From an uncultured Fidelibacterota bacterium (GTDB taxonomy: Bacteria; Fidelibacterota; Marinisomatia; Marinisomatales; UBA1611), in assembly GCA_902562835.1 (NCBI GenBank), contig CACEUX010000003.1, positions 6,991 through 70,990 of the forward strand: a stretch of DNA of 64,000 nucleotides, given 5' to 3'. The position numbers were made by a program, and so were the translations under genes. Below, piece by piece: positions 1-10,179 of this stretch (positions are counted from its first letter, which is position 1; every line of letters starts with the position of its first letter). Below the pieces are notes generated by a model. The model had not been told where the DNA came from. It saw only the letters and a program-made list of their open reading frames with translations, and made no database searches.

Positions 1-2
1 TT

Positions 3-1389
<1,387 letters not shown>

Positions 1390-1390
<1 letters not shown>

Positions 1391-2229
1391 CAGTCAATAA
1401 TATCTCGATTAAGAAAAAAATAGAATGATAGTGTGAGGAATACCCCTGACCACATTATACAAATAGCCAATAGGTCTCTTATATGACCCCATGGTATAGG
1501 ATCATTAAAAGCGACTAAAAATGAATTTATATATCCCGTAAACAAGTAAGGATTAATCCTATCAAAAAAATCTATTGGAATAAGTGATATTGCTGTGCCT
1601 ATAAAAACAACACTGATGGTAATGATTATCGGAGTAACACTATTCCTTGATATAGTAGATATGAATAAACATAAACAGGATATGGTGATCATGACAATAT
1701 TTGATGCTAAATATGCAATTGTAAATCTATAAATAATTTCATTTTCAGGCAGAAAGAGTATGCCTTTATCAAAAACAGCAAGTTCTCCAGTACCTAGCCA
1801 AAGTGTACTTATTAAAAGTGAATAACCAAAAAAGAAACCCAAAAGTATAGTCGTATAACAAATTACGAGCACTATTTTACTTAAGAGGACTGCTCCTCTT
1901 GAGACTGGCCTTGTTAAATAAAATCTAAAAGTGGAGTTAGAGTACTCAGCCGAAAAGATATCTGCTGCCACAATAGTTGATAAGAAAGGCATATGGTTTA
2001 TAAGAATTGCTAAAATTAAGTAGGAAGCAAGGTAGCCATTTAAAAGTGAACCAACAAAAAAGAAAGAATCAGATAATTGACCGTAAATAGCTTTTTCAAG
2101 TGCAGTCCCTCCATCATCTATAGCCCAAACAATAAATGGAATAAGGATGAAAATTAATAAAAACCCTATGTATGTCCTTTTTCGGAAGATTATCTTGAAA
2201 AATTCATTGGTTATGAGATGATAGATCAT
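1390..2229 (-). CDS. ABC-2 type transporter permease
   Basis: 279 aa, strongly hydrophobic with about 6 predicted TM helices. An ATGA overlap links it to the ABC ATPase gene upstream. Confidence 0.6.
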
Positions 2230-3101
2230 CTGAATAGTCTAGAAATATTCGGATCTTTTGAAATGCTATTTAGCTGGGACTCTGATGGAATGATAGATAT
2301 TAGATCATAAATATTAATTGCGGCTTTCACAGTGATTTTTTTGTCATTTGAGTCAACGACTTTTACACCTGAATGTGATTTAAGTTTATCTAAAGCTATC
2401 TTGGTATTATTCAATTTAATAATATATATATCTTCATTTTCTATAAGACCTTCAATCGATTCATCTAACACTAGTTTACCATCTCGTAAAACAATTACAT
2501 GGCTACAGAGTTCTTTTACATCTTCTAATATATGTGTACTAATAAAGATTGTCTTACCTTCTTTATTGAGGTTGTCAATTGTTTTATTCATCGTTGATAT
2601 CCCTATGGGGTCTAATCCATTATTTGGCTCATCGAAAAACAAGATATCTGGATTATGTAGAATTGCTTGTGCAATACCGAGTCTTTGCTTCATTCCATAA
2701 GAATAGTCACTTACTTTTTTATCTTTTTCTTCAAACAGGTCAACTTTTTTTAATACCTTATTTACATTCATTGGGTCTGTATTTGTAAGGCGTGAAAACA
2801 TTATCAGATTTTGCTGAGCTGTTAGGTATTCATAAAAACTGGGGTCTTCAATTAAAAATCCAGATCTTTTTAAAATGGTATTACTTTTCCTTATGGATTG
2901 ACCTTCTAAATATATATCACCATCCCACGAAATAATCAATCCAGAAAGAATCCTCATTAATGTTGATTTACCACTACCATTAGGACCTAAAAGGCCTACA
3001 ATTGAATTTTTTCGGATTTTAAAATCAACCTTTGTAAGGGCTGCATTATTACCAAAATATTTTGAAACATTATCAAAATGAATAAACTCAGCTCTTTTCA
3101 T
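2226..3101 (-). CDS. ABC transporter ATP-binding protein
   Basis: Walker A GPNGSGKST, ABC signature YSYGMKQRLGIAQAIL and Walker B ILFFDEP. Confidence 0.9.
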   Translation of the reverse strand: MKRAEFIHFDNVSKYFGNNAALTKVDFKIRKNSIVGLLGPNGSGKSTLMRILSGLIISWDGDIYLEGQSIRKSNTILKRSGFLIEDPSFYEYLTAQQNLIMFSRLTNTDPMNVNKVLKKVDLFEEKDKKVSDYSYGMKQRLGIAQAILHNPDILFFDEPNNGLDPIGISTMNKTIDNLNKEGKTIFISTHILEDVKELCSHVIVLRDGKLVLDESIEGLIENEDIYIIKLNNTKIALDKLKSHSGVKVVDSNDKKITVKAAINIYDLISIIPSESQLNSISKDPNISRLFR

Positions 3102-4228
3102 TTAAGATCCATTATCTCGAGCACCCCATAGCCCTTCTTGGTTAAACTATCTAATTGAATTTCAAGTTCGCTATCAAATCTTGTATAATGAGGGTCGATC
3201 AAGACTTGTTTCGCTGATTGTTTTAAGATCCAGGCCAGTGGTTTTAATAACTTCATACGGCTAAATAAATCTGCATTATCAATTACATTTTGGCCCGATA
3301 TACTGATCTTATCCCCATTTTCGGTCATCAGGTCAAAATTGGAAAAGAAAGGTTCATTTTTCTTGTTATATAAATTATTTATTCTATTTGAATATTTAGT
3401 GAAGGCGCCCTCGTTGCCAAATTGATTTATAATGACGCCTTCTTTATTTGCCACATAAAGAATTGGAATATCGAAGCCACCTCTTTTATCTGAAGTAAAG
3501 AGCTCCGATGCTATAATAGTATAAGGCCCTGCTTTACCCCTGAACCAGACCCAACCATCAAAAAGTTTTTGAAGTGGTGTATTCCCCCAATTGTGGTCAT
3601 GGTAACCATCTCCCTTGAAATTGATTACAGATTCATTAATTTTAATATTCCCAGTTACTGCCCCATCAGGAACAGCTGCTAACCAAGCAAAATAATCGTC
3701 GCCAGCTTTTATTATTCCATCTTGGGGCCTGTAAGGTTTCAACCTGGATGACAAGTTTAGGCTTATACCAAAACCTTCAAAATCATCAGGTGAAAGAAAA
3801 ATTTCATATTCATTTAGATCACCCCTGAAATAGTTATCACCCATAATAACATTGCAACTTTCACTTGAAAAAGAGACTTGGCTTTTACTGAAATATTTCA
3901 GTAAAAATATTTCATCTCCATTCTTGGGGTTATAGTTCATGCCAATGAAATATTGATCTACTAAGTGGTGTACTTTCCAGAAATAACAGACAAATAACGA
4001 GCCATCTTCTAATTTCGCATCAAAATACCACCACTCAAACTCACCACTTTTTCCCGAGGTTCTTTTCGCATCTTCCCAGATCTCTACTTTTTCACCAAGA
4101 TAATTTGGTTGTTCTGTTGGAGAAAAATTGGGTTGCGAATAAGACCCGGTATATAGTCTATAACAAGAGTTTGAAAACAAGAGAATAAGTGAAAATAGAA
4201 TGGCCTTTAAAAGTATCTGACGTTTCAT
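3098..4228 (-). CDS. AttH/CrtC-like (lipocalin-like hydratase fold) lipoprotein
   Basis: The EFEWWYFDAKLEDGS motif is typical of the CrtC/AttH family. I prefer the start at M5 (MKRQILLKAILFSLILLFSNSC, a signal peptide with Cys), which gives an ATGA overlap at 4225-4228. The track ORF starts at 4240. Confidence 0.5.
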   Translation of the reverse strand: MKRQILLKAILFSLILLFSNSCYRLYTGSYSQPNFSPTEQPNYLGEKVEIWEDAKRTSGKSGEFEWWYFDAKLEDGSLFVCYFWKVHHLVDQYFIGMNYNPKNGDEIFLLKYFSKSQVSFSSESCNVIMGDNYFRGDLNEYEIFLSPDDFEGFGISLNLSSRLKPYRPQDGIIKAGDDYFAWLAAVPDGAVTGNIKINESVINFKGDGYHDHNWGNTPLQKLFDGWVWFRGKAGPYTIIASELFTSDKRGGFDIPILYVANKEGVIINQFGNEGAFTKYSNRINNLYNKKNEPFFSNFDLMTENGDKISISGQNVIDNADLFSRMKLLKPLAWILKQSAKQVLIDPHYTRFDSELEIQLDSLTKKGYGVLEIMDLK

Positions 4229-4809
4229 GAGGCTATCCATTTTGAACTTATTTCATCTTCAAATTTAAATTGTAACCTTTTGTGCCCTTTGTGATGAAGT
4301 TGCAACCAGTCTAAAGTTTTAAGAACTATTTTAACCCGGCTAAACCGAGAGTATCCTAATTTATCATCTTCTTGATTTATTTTTTCTAAGGGATTGTCAG
4401 GTAGATTTGGTAAAAAGGATTCAATAGCTGATGATGGCGCAAATGGGCCCATATAACATAGTTTGCTTTCGTCCCTCATTAATCGCCAAACTTTTTTAGT
4501 ATAGTCATTATTTGATTCAATAAAGGCTAAGCCTTGAATGCGAAGTTGAATACGTCTAGCACTATCATAGAAAAGAGCACTAACTGAATTATTTTTTTCT
4601 ATATCAATAATTTTTTTGCTTCTTAAGTCTGTATGAAAGTAAAGGGATGAACTGGTTTCGTCAACGGTTCGTAAGATCACGGTTCGTAATTCTGGGGTGT
4701 TGTTTCTAATTGTGGAAAAGATAAATGAATGGAAATGGTGTCCGGCGCTTTGAGTGCCAGCATCTAGGGCAATCCATTCTTTCCGTAATATTTCCAGTGT
4801 ATCTTGCAT
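4225..4809 (-). CDS. Pyridoxamine 5'-phosphate oxidase-family FMN-binding protein
   Basis: 194 aa. It shows a PNPOx-like split-barrel pattern (RTVILRTVD...LYFHTDLRSKK...ALFYD...QLRIQG) and a PdxH-like C-terminal segment. Confidence 0.6.
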   Translation of the reverse strand: MQDTLEILRKEWIALDAGTQSAGHHFHSFIFSTIRNNTPELRTVILRTVDETSSSLYFHTDLRSKKIIDIEKNNSVSALFYDSARRIQLRIQGLAFIESNNDYTKKVWRLMRDESKLCYMGPFAPSSAIESFLPNLPDNPLEKINQEDDKLGYSRFSRVKIVLKTLDWLQLHHKGHKRLQFKFEDEISSKWIAS

Positions 4810-4813
4810 TTCT

Positions 4814-5638
4814 TTAAGAGTTAAAACCCTTATATACCTTTTGACATGTTTGGCATGTATATGTGCCTCGTCCAGCGACTTTATTTTTATTGATCAGGGT
4901 CCCGCATTGAAAACATTCAAGACCCTCTCTGCCAAATACTTGTAACATATTTGCATATTTCCCAGATTCTCCATTAACTGAAAAATCAATAATGGTTGTT
5001 CCTTTCTTAACTATTGCTTCTTTAAGAGTATTCCTAATATTATGATACAATGCTTCAACTTTCTTTTTTGGTATAGCATTTGAGATTGAATTTGAATGTA
5101 TTTTACTCTTCCATAAAATTTCATCAACATATATGTTCCCAAGGCCAGATAAAAATGACTGATCTAGCAATAGAGCTTTTATGTTTCTTTTTTTTTCTAA
5201 AAGCATTCCTTGAAACTTTTTGACTGTAAAATTACTATCTAATGGTTCAGGTCCATGGCGATGATTAATTGGGTCTAGGTCATTATAAAGATAGAACCTT
5301 CCAAATTTCCTCACATCTTCAAAGATCAATTTTTTACCGCTATTAAACTCAATAAATGCTGTACAGTGCTTTGGATGGCCACTATCTGAAGAGATATAGA
5401 GCTTGCCCGTCATTCTTAGGTGTATTGCTATAATTCTACCATTAAATTGGAGGATTATGAACTTTGCTCTTCGGTATACATCGATGATTACTTTTCCATT
5501 TAGTTCTTTGTGAATATCACTTGGTGAAAAATTATGAAGGACTTTATCCCACAAAGGGATTATAGATCTTAATTTTTCCCCCATCAGATCTCTTTTAATA
5601 TGATTTACAACGGTCTGAACCTCTGGTAATTCAGGCAT
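4814..5638 (-). CDS. mutM: Formamidopyrimidine-DNA glycosylase
   Basis: N-terminal MPELPEVQTV (catalytic Pro2/Glu3) and a C-terminal zinc finger CFQCG...CQTCQ. Length of 274 aa fits. Confidence 0.9.
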   Translation of the reverse strand: MPELPEVQTVVNHIKRDLMGEKLRSIIPLWDKVLHNFSPSDIHKELNGKVIIDVYRRAKFIILQFNGRIIAIHLRMTGKLYISSDSGHPKHCTAFIEFNSGKKLIFEDVRKFGRFYLYNDLDPINHRHGPEPLDSNFTVKKFQGMLLEKKRNIKALLLDQSFLSGLGNIYVDEILWKSKIHSNSISNAIPKKKVEALYHNIRNTLKEAIVKKGTTIIDFSVNGESGKYANMLQVFGREGLECFQCGTLINKNKVAGRGTYTCQTCQKVYKGFNS

Positions 5639-6864
5639 TATGTTAAGTTCCCTCTAAGTATGTTTTTAGATTTTCCCCAAGCATAAATGACAATAATTAT
5701 TCCCAGTAGGGAAAAAAAGAAATGCAGTGTAGTAAAGTTTACCGCGTCTATAATACTATGATTCTCTATGATCCACCCTGAAAAAAGGCTACTTAAAACC
5801 ACCATTAATCTTGTATAAACACCAAAGATAGTCTGGACTCTCCCCATTATACGATTTGGAATTTTTTCCATAAAAATAGTTCTTACAATTATTCTTGCGG
5901 AATTATTATGTAAACCCATAAAAAGAAAAGCAATTGCAGCGAAATAAATAGATGGCATTATCGGGACAATAAAGCACATCGAGCCTGCCATAAGGTAGCA
6001 TAGAATGAGAGAGTGCCCACGTCCTACCTTTTCGACCACATAACCAACAAATATGGTTGAGACCAATGCCCCAACACCATATAATCCTTCCATGAGACCG
6101 TATCCCCAGCTTCCCTTATTAAATACTACTTTTGAGATGGATATAGTTAAAACTGATAGGGAGCCCCATATTGCAACATCAGATAAAATGGTAGTTAGCC
6201 CCAAAGTTAAAATGTCAAATTTTCCCTTGAGAAAAGTGAATCCATCTGAAATCGCGCTCAATAAACTTTGTTCACCAGTCTTCTGTTTTTTCTTTTGGAA
6301 TGGGGCAAGAGATATAAGAATCCCGGATATGAGATATGATAATACATTGATCCAGAGCGCCATAATTGGGTCGTATAAATGTACAATAAAACCTCCAATG
6401 CCTGCTCCAATGATTGAACCCACTTGGTAACTGGCAGATAGTAATTTATTAGCATTGAAGTAATCTTCTTCAGATACCAATTCTTGGACAAATGCTTGGG
6501 CCGTTGGCCAAAAAAGTGAATTCCCAAGACCCATTAACACAGCCACCGGGTAAATAAACCAAAGTTCAAAACCATAATTACTTAAAATAATCAGGAATCC
6601 AGTAATTACTAGCATTCTAAAGATGTCTAGGTTTACTAAAAGCCATTTACGATTTACTTTATCTATAATTACACCAGCAAATAGAGCAAGGAAAAGTCCT
6701 GGTGCTGTAGCAGAAGCCATTATCTTACCTAGAGCAAATTCAGAACCTGTTTTTTCCAAAACCATCCAGCTAATTGCTATTACATGTAAGCCAAACCCAA
6801 CTAGTGAGATAATATTCCCCAAGAAAAATAATAAGAAAGTTGAGTTTTTTAAGAGCTTATACAT
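5638..6864 (-). CDS. MFS transporter (EntS/MFS_3-like)
   Basis: 408 aa with about 12 TM helices. The N-terminal pattern LGNIISLVGFGLHVIAISWMVLEKTGS is typical of the MFS_3 subfamily. Confidence 0.8.
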   Translation of the reverse strand: MYKLLKNSTFLLFFLGNIISLVGFGLHVIAISWMVLEKTGSEFALGKIMASATAPGLFLALFAGVIIDKVNRKWLLVNLDIFRMLVITGFLIILSNYGFELWFIYPVAVLMGLGNSLFWPTAQAFVQELVSEEDYFNANKLLSASYQVGSIIGAGIGGFIVHLYDPIMALWINVLSYLISGILISLAPFQKKKQKTGEQSLLSAISDGFTFLKGKFDILTLGLTTILSDVAIWGSLSVLTISISKVVFNKGSWGYGLMEGLYGVGALVSTIFVGYVVEKVGRGHSLILCYLMAGSMCFIVPIMPSIYFAAIAFLFMGLHNNSARIIVRTIFMEKIPNRIMGRVQTIFGVYTRLMVVLSSLFSGWIIENHSIIDAVNFTTLHFFFSLLGIIIVIYAWGKSKNILRGNLT

Positions 6865-6872
6865 AATTATGA

Positions 6873-7004
6873 TTACGTTAGAAAAGATATCAAATAATTA
6901 GTGAATAAAATTAAAATTACCATAACGAGAATGGGCACCATCCATTTCAGGAATGTTACTAGAAAGTACTTAGTCGCAGTCCTTATTTCCTTTCCTAATT
7001 TCAT
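6873..7004 (-). CDS. Unlisted 43-aa single-TM miniprotein (hypothetical)
   Basis: Hand translation gives MKLGKEIRTATKYFLVTFLKWMVPILVMVILILFTNYLISFLT. Its ATG overlaps the stop of the 214-aa ORF (ATGA at 7001-7004), and it ends 8 nt before the MFS start. It is below the track's 60-aa cutoff. Confidence 0.25.
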   Translation of the reverse strand: MKLGKEIRTATKYFLVTFLKWMVPILVMVILILFTNYLISFLT

Positions 7005-7645
7005 TTCAATCCTATATCTATTTTTGAATCAATAATGACATCATAAAATTTTAAGAAGTTATCTGAAGAGAGTAAACCGACGTCATCTGATGATCTCTTT
7101 TTATAGATTGTGGAAATAAATTGCCGAAGGTCATTTTTTTGTCTTTTTAGATCGACCAGTTTTATGTTATTCAAAAATAAATCTTTAATTACTGGTAATC
7201 TAAAATAAGGATAAGTCGATGAGGTGATTGAAAGAGACTCTTTATCGAAAAATTTATAGTCTAGGTCATTCAGTTCAGTTTCAAATGAATTTCCATAGGA
7301 AATTGCACAATGGGCTATTATATAAAATTGGTCTTTGAAATCAATCGAGTTTTGTATTGGAACCTTCTGCATAATATCAGTTATCTTAGTTCTAAAAAAA
7401 GAATGACCTTCGCTGTAATAGTCATTTGAATCATAAGATGTAATAATAAGTTCTGACTCTGAAGTGATGATTGGGGTAGAACTTGAAAATATATCATCAT
7501 GTAATTGCCATTCACTGTTTAACATTATTTCAGCCAAGGAGTATTTTTTATCTTTTATATCATCAAAAACCTGGTTTATTTGTTCTTGGCTAATGGAGCC
7601 AACAACTGACTCCACTTTAGACCCTCTAACTTGAATATTAAGCAT
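7001..7645 (-). CDS. Hypothetical protein, translationally coupled to the photolyase-like gene
   Basis: 214 aa with no signal peptide and no motif I recognise. It overlaps the upstream gene by 8 nt (7638-7645). Confidence 0.5.
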   Translation of the reverse strand: MLNIQVRGSKVESVVGSISQEQINQVFDDIKDKKYSLAEIMLNSEWQLHDDIFSSSTPIITSESELIITSYDSNDYYSEGHSFFRTKITDIMQKVPIQNSIDFKDQFYIIAHCAISYGNSFETELNDLDYKFFDKESLSITSSTYPYFRLPVIKDLFLNNIKLVDLKRQKNDLRQFISTIYKKRSSDDVGLLSSDNFLKFYDVIIDSKIDIGLK

Positions 7646-8822
7646 CTAATTCTTTTCTAGTAAATAAAGTATTTAAGATAGCAGGAATTTTTGTTCTTAG
7701 TTTAAAATAACCTTTGGATGTATGGGGCCAGAATAATTGATCCCATGAGGACAATAGATATTCATGTTTTACAGTTAAAACTGTGAAAAGATCTTCTAAT
7801 TCTTTTTCAATTGGACCAACTGTAGGATAAGAAGAATATATTTTTGAAATTCTATTTTTCTCAATAAAGGCTTTCAATTTTTTTCTTTCATCAAATGTGA
7901 AAAAAACAATTTTGGCAGGGGATCTTTTTTTTATTTCAATTTGCAAGTTTTTCAAAGCATCATCAATGAACTTTTTCACAATCGCAGATCGTTCAATCAT
8001 TCCAAAATTATATTTTTGTATCAATAAGAATTCACAATTTGGGATTTGTTCATATGACAAATCATTTTCATGGATCATGTAGCATTGAATGTCTTTCACT
8101 TTATTAATTTTTTCAGAATGAATATAAGAACCTGTATAATCATCAGTAGTAATGGGCTTTGCTTTTGTGGCTAATTGGCCTGTGGGTTCAAATCTCTGGC
8201 CTGTAAATTTTTTTATATTTGAAGGTGATGCAAGATAATTTTTACCCTTGGTATGTAAACCAGAAACCCATCTCCACGACAGAGTATTTGAAGCGCAATC
8301 AGCATCCAGTAGATTCTCCATAAAAAATGATGCCCCAAGTTGCCATGGTAGCTCAAGTGTAAAAACCCATATACTCGCGAACCACATTCTAGAGTGGTTA
8401 TGTAAATGACCTGTCTCAATTAATTCTTCGACCCAGTGATCAAAACATTTAATACCAGTTTTTGCATTAATAGCAGCCGCTAGGTCAGCATCCCTTTCAA
8501 GAGCTTCTAGATCCTTAATGTAGCTGTCCCAGATTTGAGAGTAGTGTTCAAGATACCCCTTCCAATATGTTCTCCAGCACAATTGTTCAATAAATTTTTC
8601 AACATCAGTATATTCATAATTCTGTAATAGTCTTGATGCTATTTGGTGTTCAGAGATGATTCTTTTATTAATTGCAGGGGATAATCCAGATACAAAATTC
8701 TTTTCAATATTCCCAAAATCAAAATTTCTCATTTGGCCATACCTCTTAACCTTATCAGCTAGAAACTTATCTAATAGACCTTCTGCATGGTTATAGGTCG
8801 TTATATTTTTAATTAACTGCAC
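7638..8822 (-). CDS. Photolyase/cryptochrome-superfamily protein with inverted domain order (NewPHL-like)
   Basis: The FAD-binding helical domain lies at the N terminus (LSPAINKRIIS..., CWRTYWKGY, HNHSRMWFASIW, LLDADCASNTLSWRWVSG). A C-terminal ~170 aa region resembles the alpha/beta domain that is normally N-terminal. Confidence 0.7.
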   Translation of the reverse strand: MQLIKNITTYNHAEGLLDKFLADKVKRYGQMRNFDFGNIEKNFVSGLSPAINKRIISEHQIASRLLQNYEYTDVEKFIEQLCWRTYWKGYLEHYSQIWDSYIKDLEALERDADLAAAINAKTGIKCFDHWVEELIETGHLHNHSRMWFASIWVFTLELPWQLGASFFMENLLDADCASNTLSWRWVSGLHTKGKNYLASPSNIKKFTGQRFEPTGQLATKAKPITTDDYTGSYIHSEKINKVKDIQCYMIHENDLSYEQIPNCEFLLIQKYNFGMIERSAIVKKFIDDALKNLQIEIKKRSPAKIVFFTFDERKKLKAFIEKNRISKIYSSYPTVGPIEKELEDLFTVLTVKHEYLLSSWDQLFWPHTSKGYFKLRTKIPAILNTLFTRKELDA

Positions 8823-8909
8823 AATTTATGTTTTGATAATGTTCAGAAATCTATTTGAAATATATGTATAAAAAAACATAAAATTGGGCGTTATGAGCGA
8901 TATTATATA

Positions 8910-9104
8910 ATGAAATACATTAATTACTTTATTCTTTTAATCTTTTCTATTGAAACCTTTTCTCTAGCATTAGGCTCCGGGACTCATTACGAACATCATA
9001 AGTTTGGATTGATGGTCATACTTATTCTGGTTAATCTTTCATTCAAAATTTTAAAAAAAAATATAAATTTTGGAAAAGTTATAAAGAAGAATAGACAAAC
9101 CTAA
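8910..9104 (+). CDS. Small membrane protein (hypothetical, 64 aa)
   Basis: Two hydrophobic helices and a Lys-rich tail. Its stop lies 1 nt before the ATG of the LON-domain gene. Confidence 0.35.
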   Translation: MKYINYFILLIFSIETFSLALGSGTHYEHHKFGLMVILILVNLSFKILKKNINFGKVIKKNRQT

Positions 9105-9105
9105 T

Positions 9106-9690
9106 ATGCTTGAATTACCATTATTCCCATTAAATCTAGTCTTATTACCCTACGAAAGTTTGCCCCTACATATTTTTGAACCTCGCTATAAAAAAATGGT
9201 AAAAAATGCAATAGAGCAGGACACACCTTTTGGAATTATTCTTAAGCAGGGAGATGAAGTTTTTCGAAAGGGTTGCCAAGTGGAAGTTTCAAAAGTATTT
9301 AAAGAATATCAAAACGGAGAATATGATATTCTAGTTAAGGGGACAGAGCCTTTTGATGTTATCAGCACAAAGAAAGATGGGGACACAATCATTGGGAATG
9401 TTGAATATATTAATGTAGAAACGGAAGCTCACAATACAGGTTTTCAAGAATTACAAGATACCTTTTTAAGAATTTTATTAAGATTTGGTATTAATACAGA
9501 CCTAGAACTTCATATGGATAAGCAGATCTCATATGAATTCCTCCAAGGTATTCAGTTGCCTATTACTGTAAAAAAAGATATTCTAGATATCAATAAAGAA
9601 TCCGACCGTCTCTTATTTATTAATGGTATATTTAATAATATTCTAAAAACAGATATCCAGTCTGATAATGGGCAAAGGCCAGAAGCCTAA
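9106..9690 (+). CDS. Stand-alone LON N-terminal (substrate-binding) domain protein
   Basis: LPLFPLNLVLLPYESLPLHIFEPRYKKMV is the canonical start of the Lon N-domain. At 194 aa it has no ATPase or protease part. Confidence 0.8.
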   Translation: MLELPLFPLNLVLLPYESLPLHIFEPRYKKMVKNAIEQDTPFGIILKQGDEVFRKGCQVEVSKVFKEYQNGEYDILVKGTEPFDVISTKKDGDTIIGNVEYINVETEAHNTGFQELQDTFLRILLRFGINTDLELHMDKQISYEFLQGIQLPITVKKDILDINKESDRLLFINGIFNNILKTDIQSDNGQRPEA

Positions 9691-9909
9691 AAGATTTTCT
9701 TAGTTAAAAACCTACACCTCCTGAAATTATTTTATGTAATATCTGTCCGATTTGAAGGTTTATTTAATCTGGCTATTAGGCGTAATTATATGGAATTTCG
9801 GATTTCCTAATGTTTCTCCAATCGCTGATGTATTTGCAGCGGTCATTCTTTCATACTTAAGCCATCAACTCAAAAGACCTTTTGAATTATAACAGAAAAA
9901 CAAATAACA

Positions 9910-10161
9910 ATGGATAAAGACAGGGGCTATTGGAAAGAGAATATTAACCTTATTGTAAAGTGCCTCTTCATTTGGTTCTTATCTTCTTATGTATTCAGTA
10001 TTATTCTAGTTGATCAATTGAATGAAATAAGATTAGGTGGTTATAAACTTGGATTCTGGTTTGCGCAACAAGGCTCGATCTATGTATTTGTAATCTTAAT
10101 CTTTTATTATGCATTTAAAATGGGTGAGATCGACCAACGATACAGACCCTCAAATAAATAA
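9910..10161 (+). CDS. DUF4212-type small subunit of a sodium:solute symporter
   Basis: 83 aa with 2 TM helices, located directly upstream of an SSS carrier, as in the VC_2705-type pairs. Confidence 0.75.
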   Translation: MDKDRGYWKENINLIVKCLFIWFLSSYVFSIILVDQLNEIRLGGYKLGFWFAQQGSIYVFVILIFYYAFKMGEIDQRYRPSNK

Positions 10162-10179
10162 AACTTTAGGTTTATTAAC

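Noticed and set aside
2332-2788. Plus-strand ORFs of 122 and 69 aa inside the ABC ATPase gene. Similar shadow ORFs lie at 6053-6430, 6258-6527, 6623-6901, 37421-37771, 38302-38697, 54625-55035 and 40912-41202, among others.
   Set aside because: Each lies fully within, and mostly antisense to, a gene with clear family motifs. None has a recognisable motif or independent start context.
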